Shown here one piece after another: positions 64,000 to 64,000 of a stretch of DNA of 64,000 bases. Position numbers and translations under genes: made by a program. Position 1 is the stretch's first letter; each line of letters begins with the position of its first letter. Under the pieces are notes generated by a model. The model worked only from the letters and a program-made list of their open reading frames with translations, was not told the DNA's origin and searched no databases. This stretch comes from an uncultured Actinomycetota bacterium (GTDB lineage Bacteria; Actinomycetota; Actinomycetes; JAHEKZ01). Location: assembly GCA_963718235.1 (NCBI GenBank), contig CAVQYR010000002.1, forward strand, positions 640,001 through 704,000, written 5' to 3'.

Positions 64000-64000
64000 G

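Overview
High-GC (about 70% by eye) actinomycete chromosome segment. It opens with the 3' end of a P-type ATPase and tRNA-Arg(CCG), then a ~15.5 kb accessory block of amine/amino-acid metabolic genes: PLP decarboxylase + LysR, GNATs, AKR, GcvT-like dehydrogenase, amidase, FAD oxidase. The conserved core follows: argS-lysA-hom-thrC-thrB-rho-rpmE-prfA-prmC-tsaC-ptp-glyA-wecA-atpI/Z-atpBEFHAGDC, then cobalamin adenosyltransferase and murA. The right third holds ethylmalonyl-CoA pathway genes (meaA/ecm, ccr, mce, thiolase, two 3-hydroxyacyl-CoA dehydrogenases) interspersed with nucS, a two-component module, a tandem-GGDEF protein and a large secreted beta-propeller/FN3 protein. The most striking observation is two paralogous DUF222-HNH (13E12-like) genes. 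Each lies between the stop codons of a convergent gene pair; one carries a perfect LexA box over its start codon, the other a RecA-NDp/PafBC-type promoter. Single-base frameshifts in argS, lysA, rho and the amidase look like long-read indel errors. No CRISPR array, rRNA, integrase or DDE transposase was seen. All calls come from motif recognition by eye; no database search was run.
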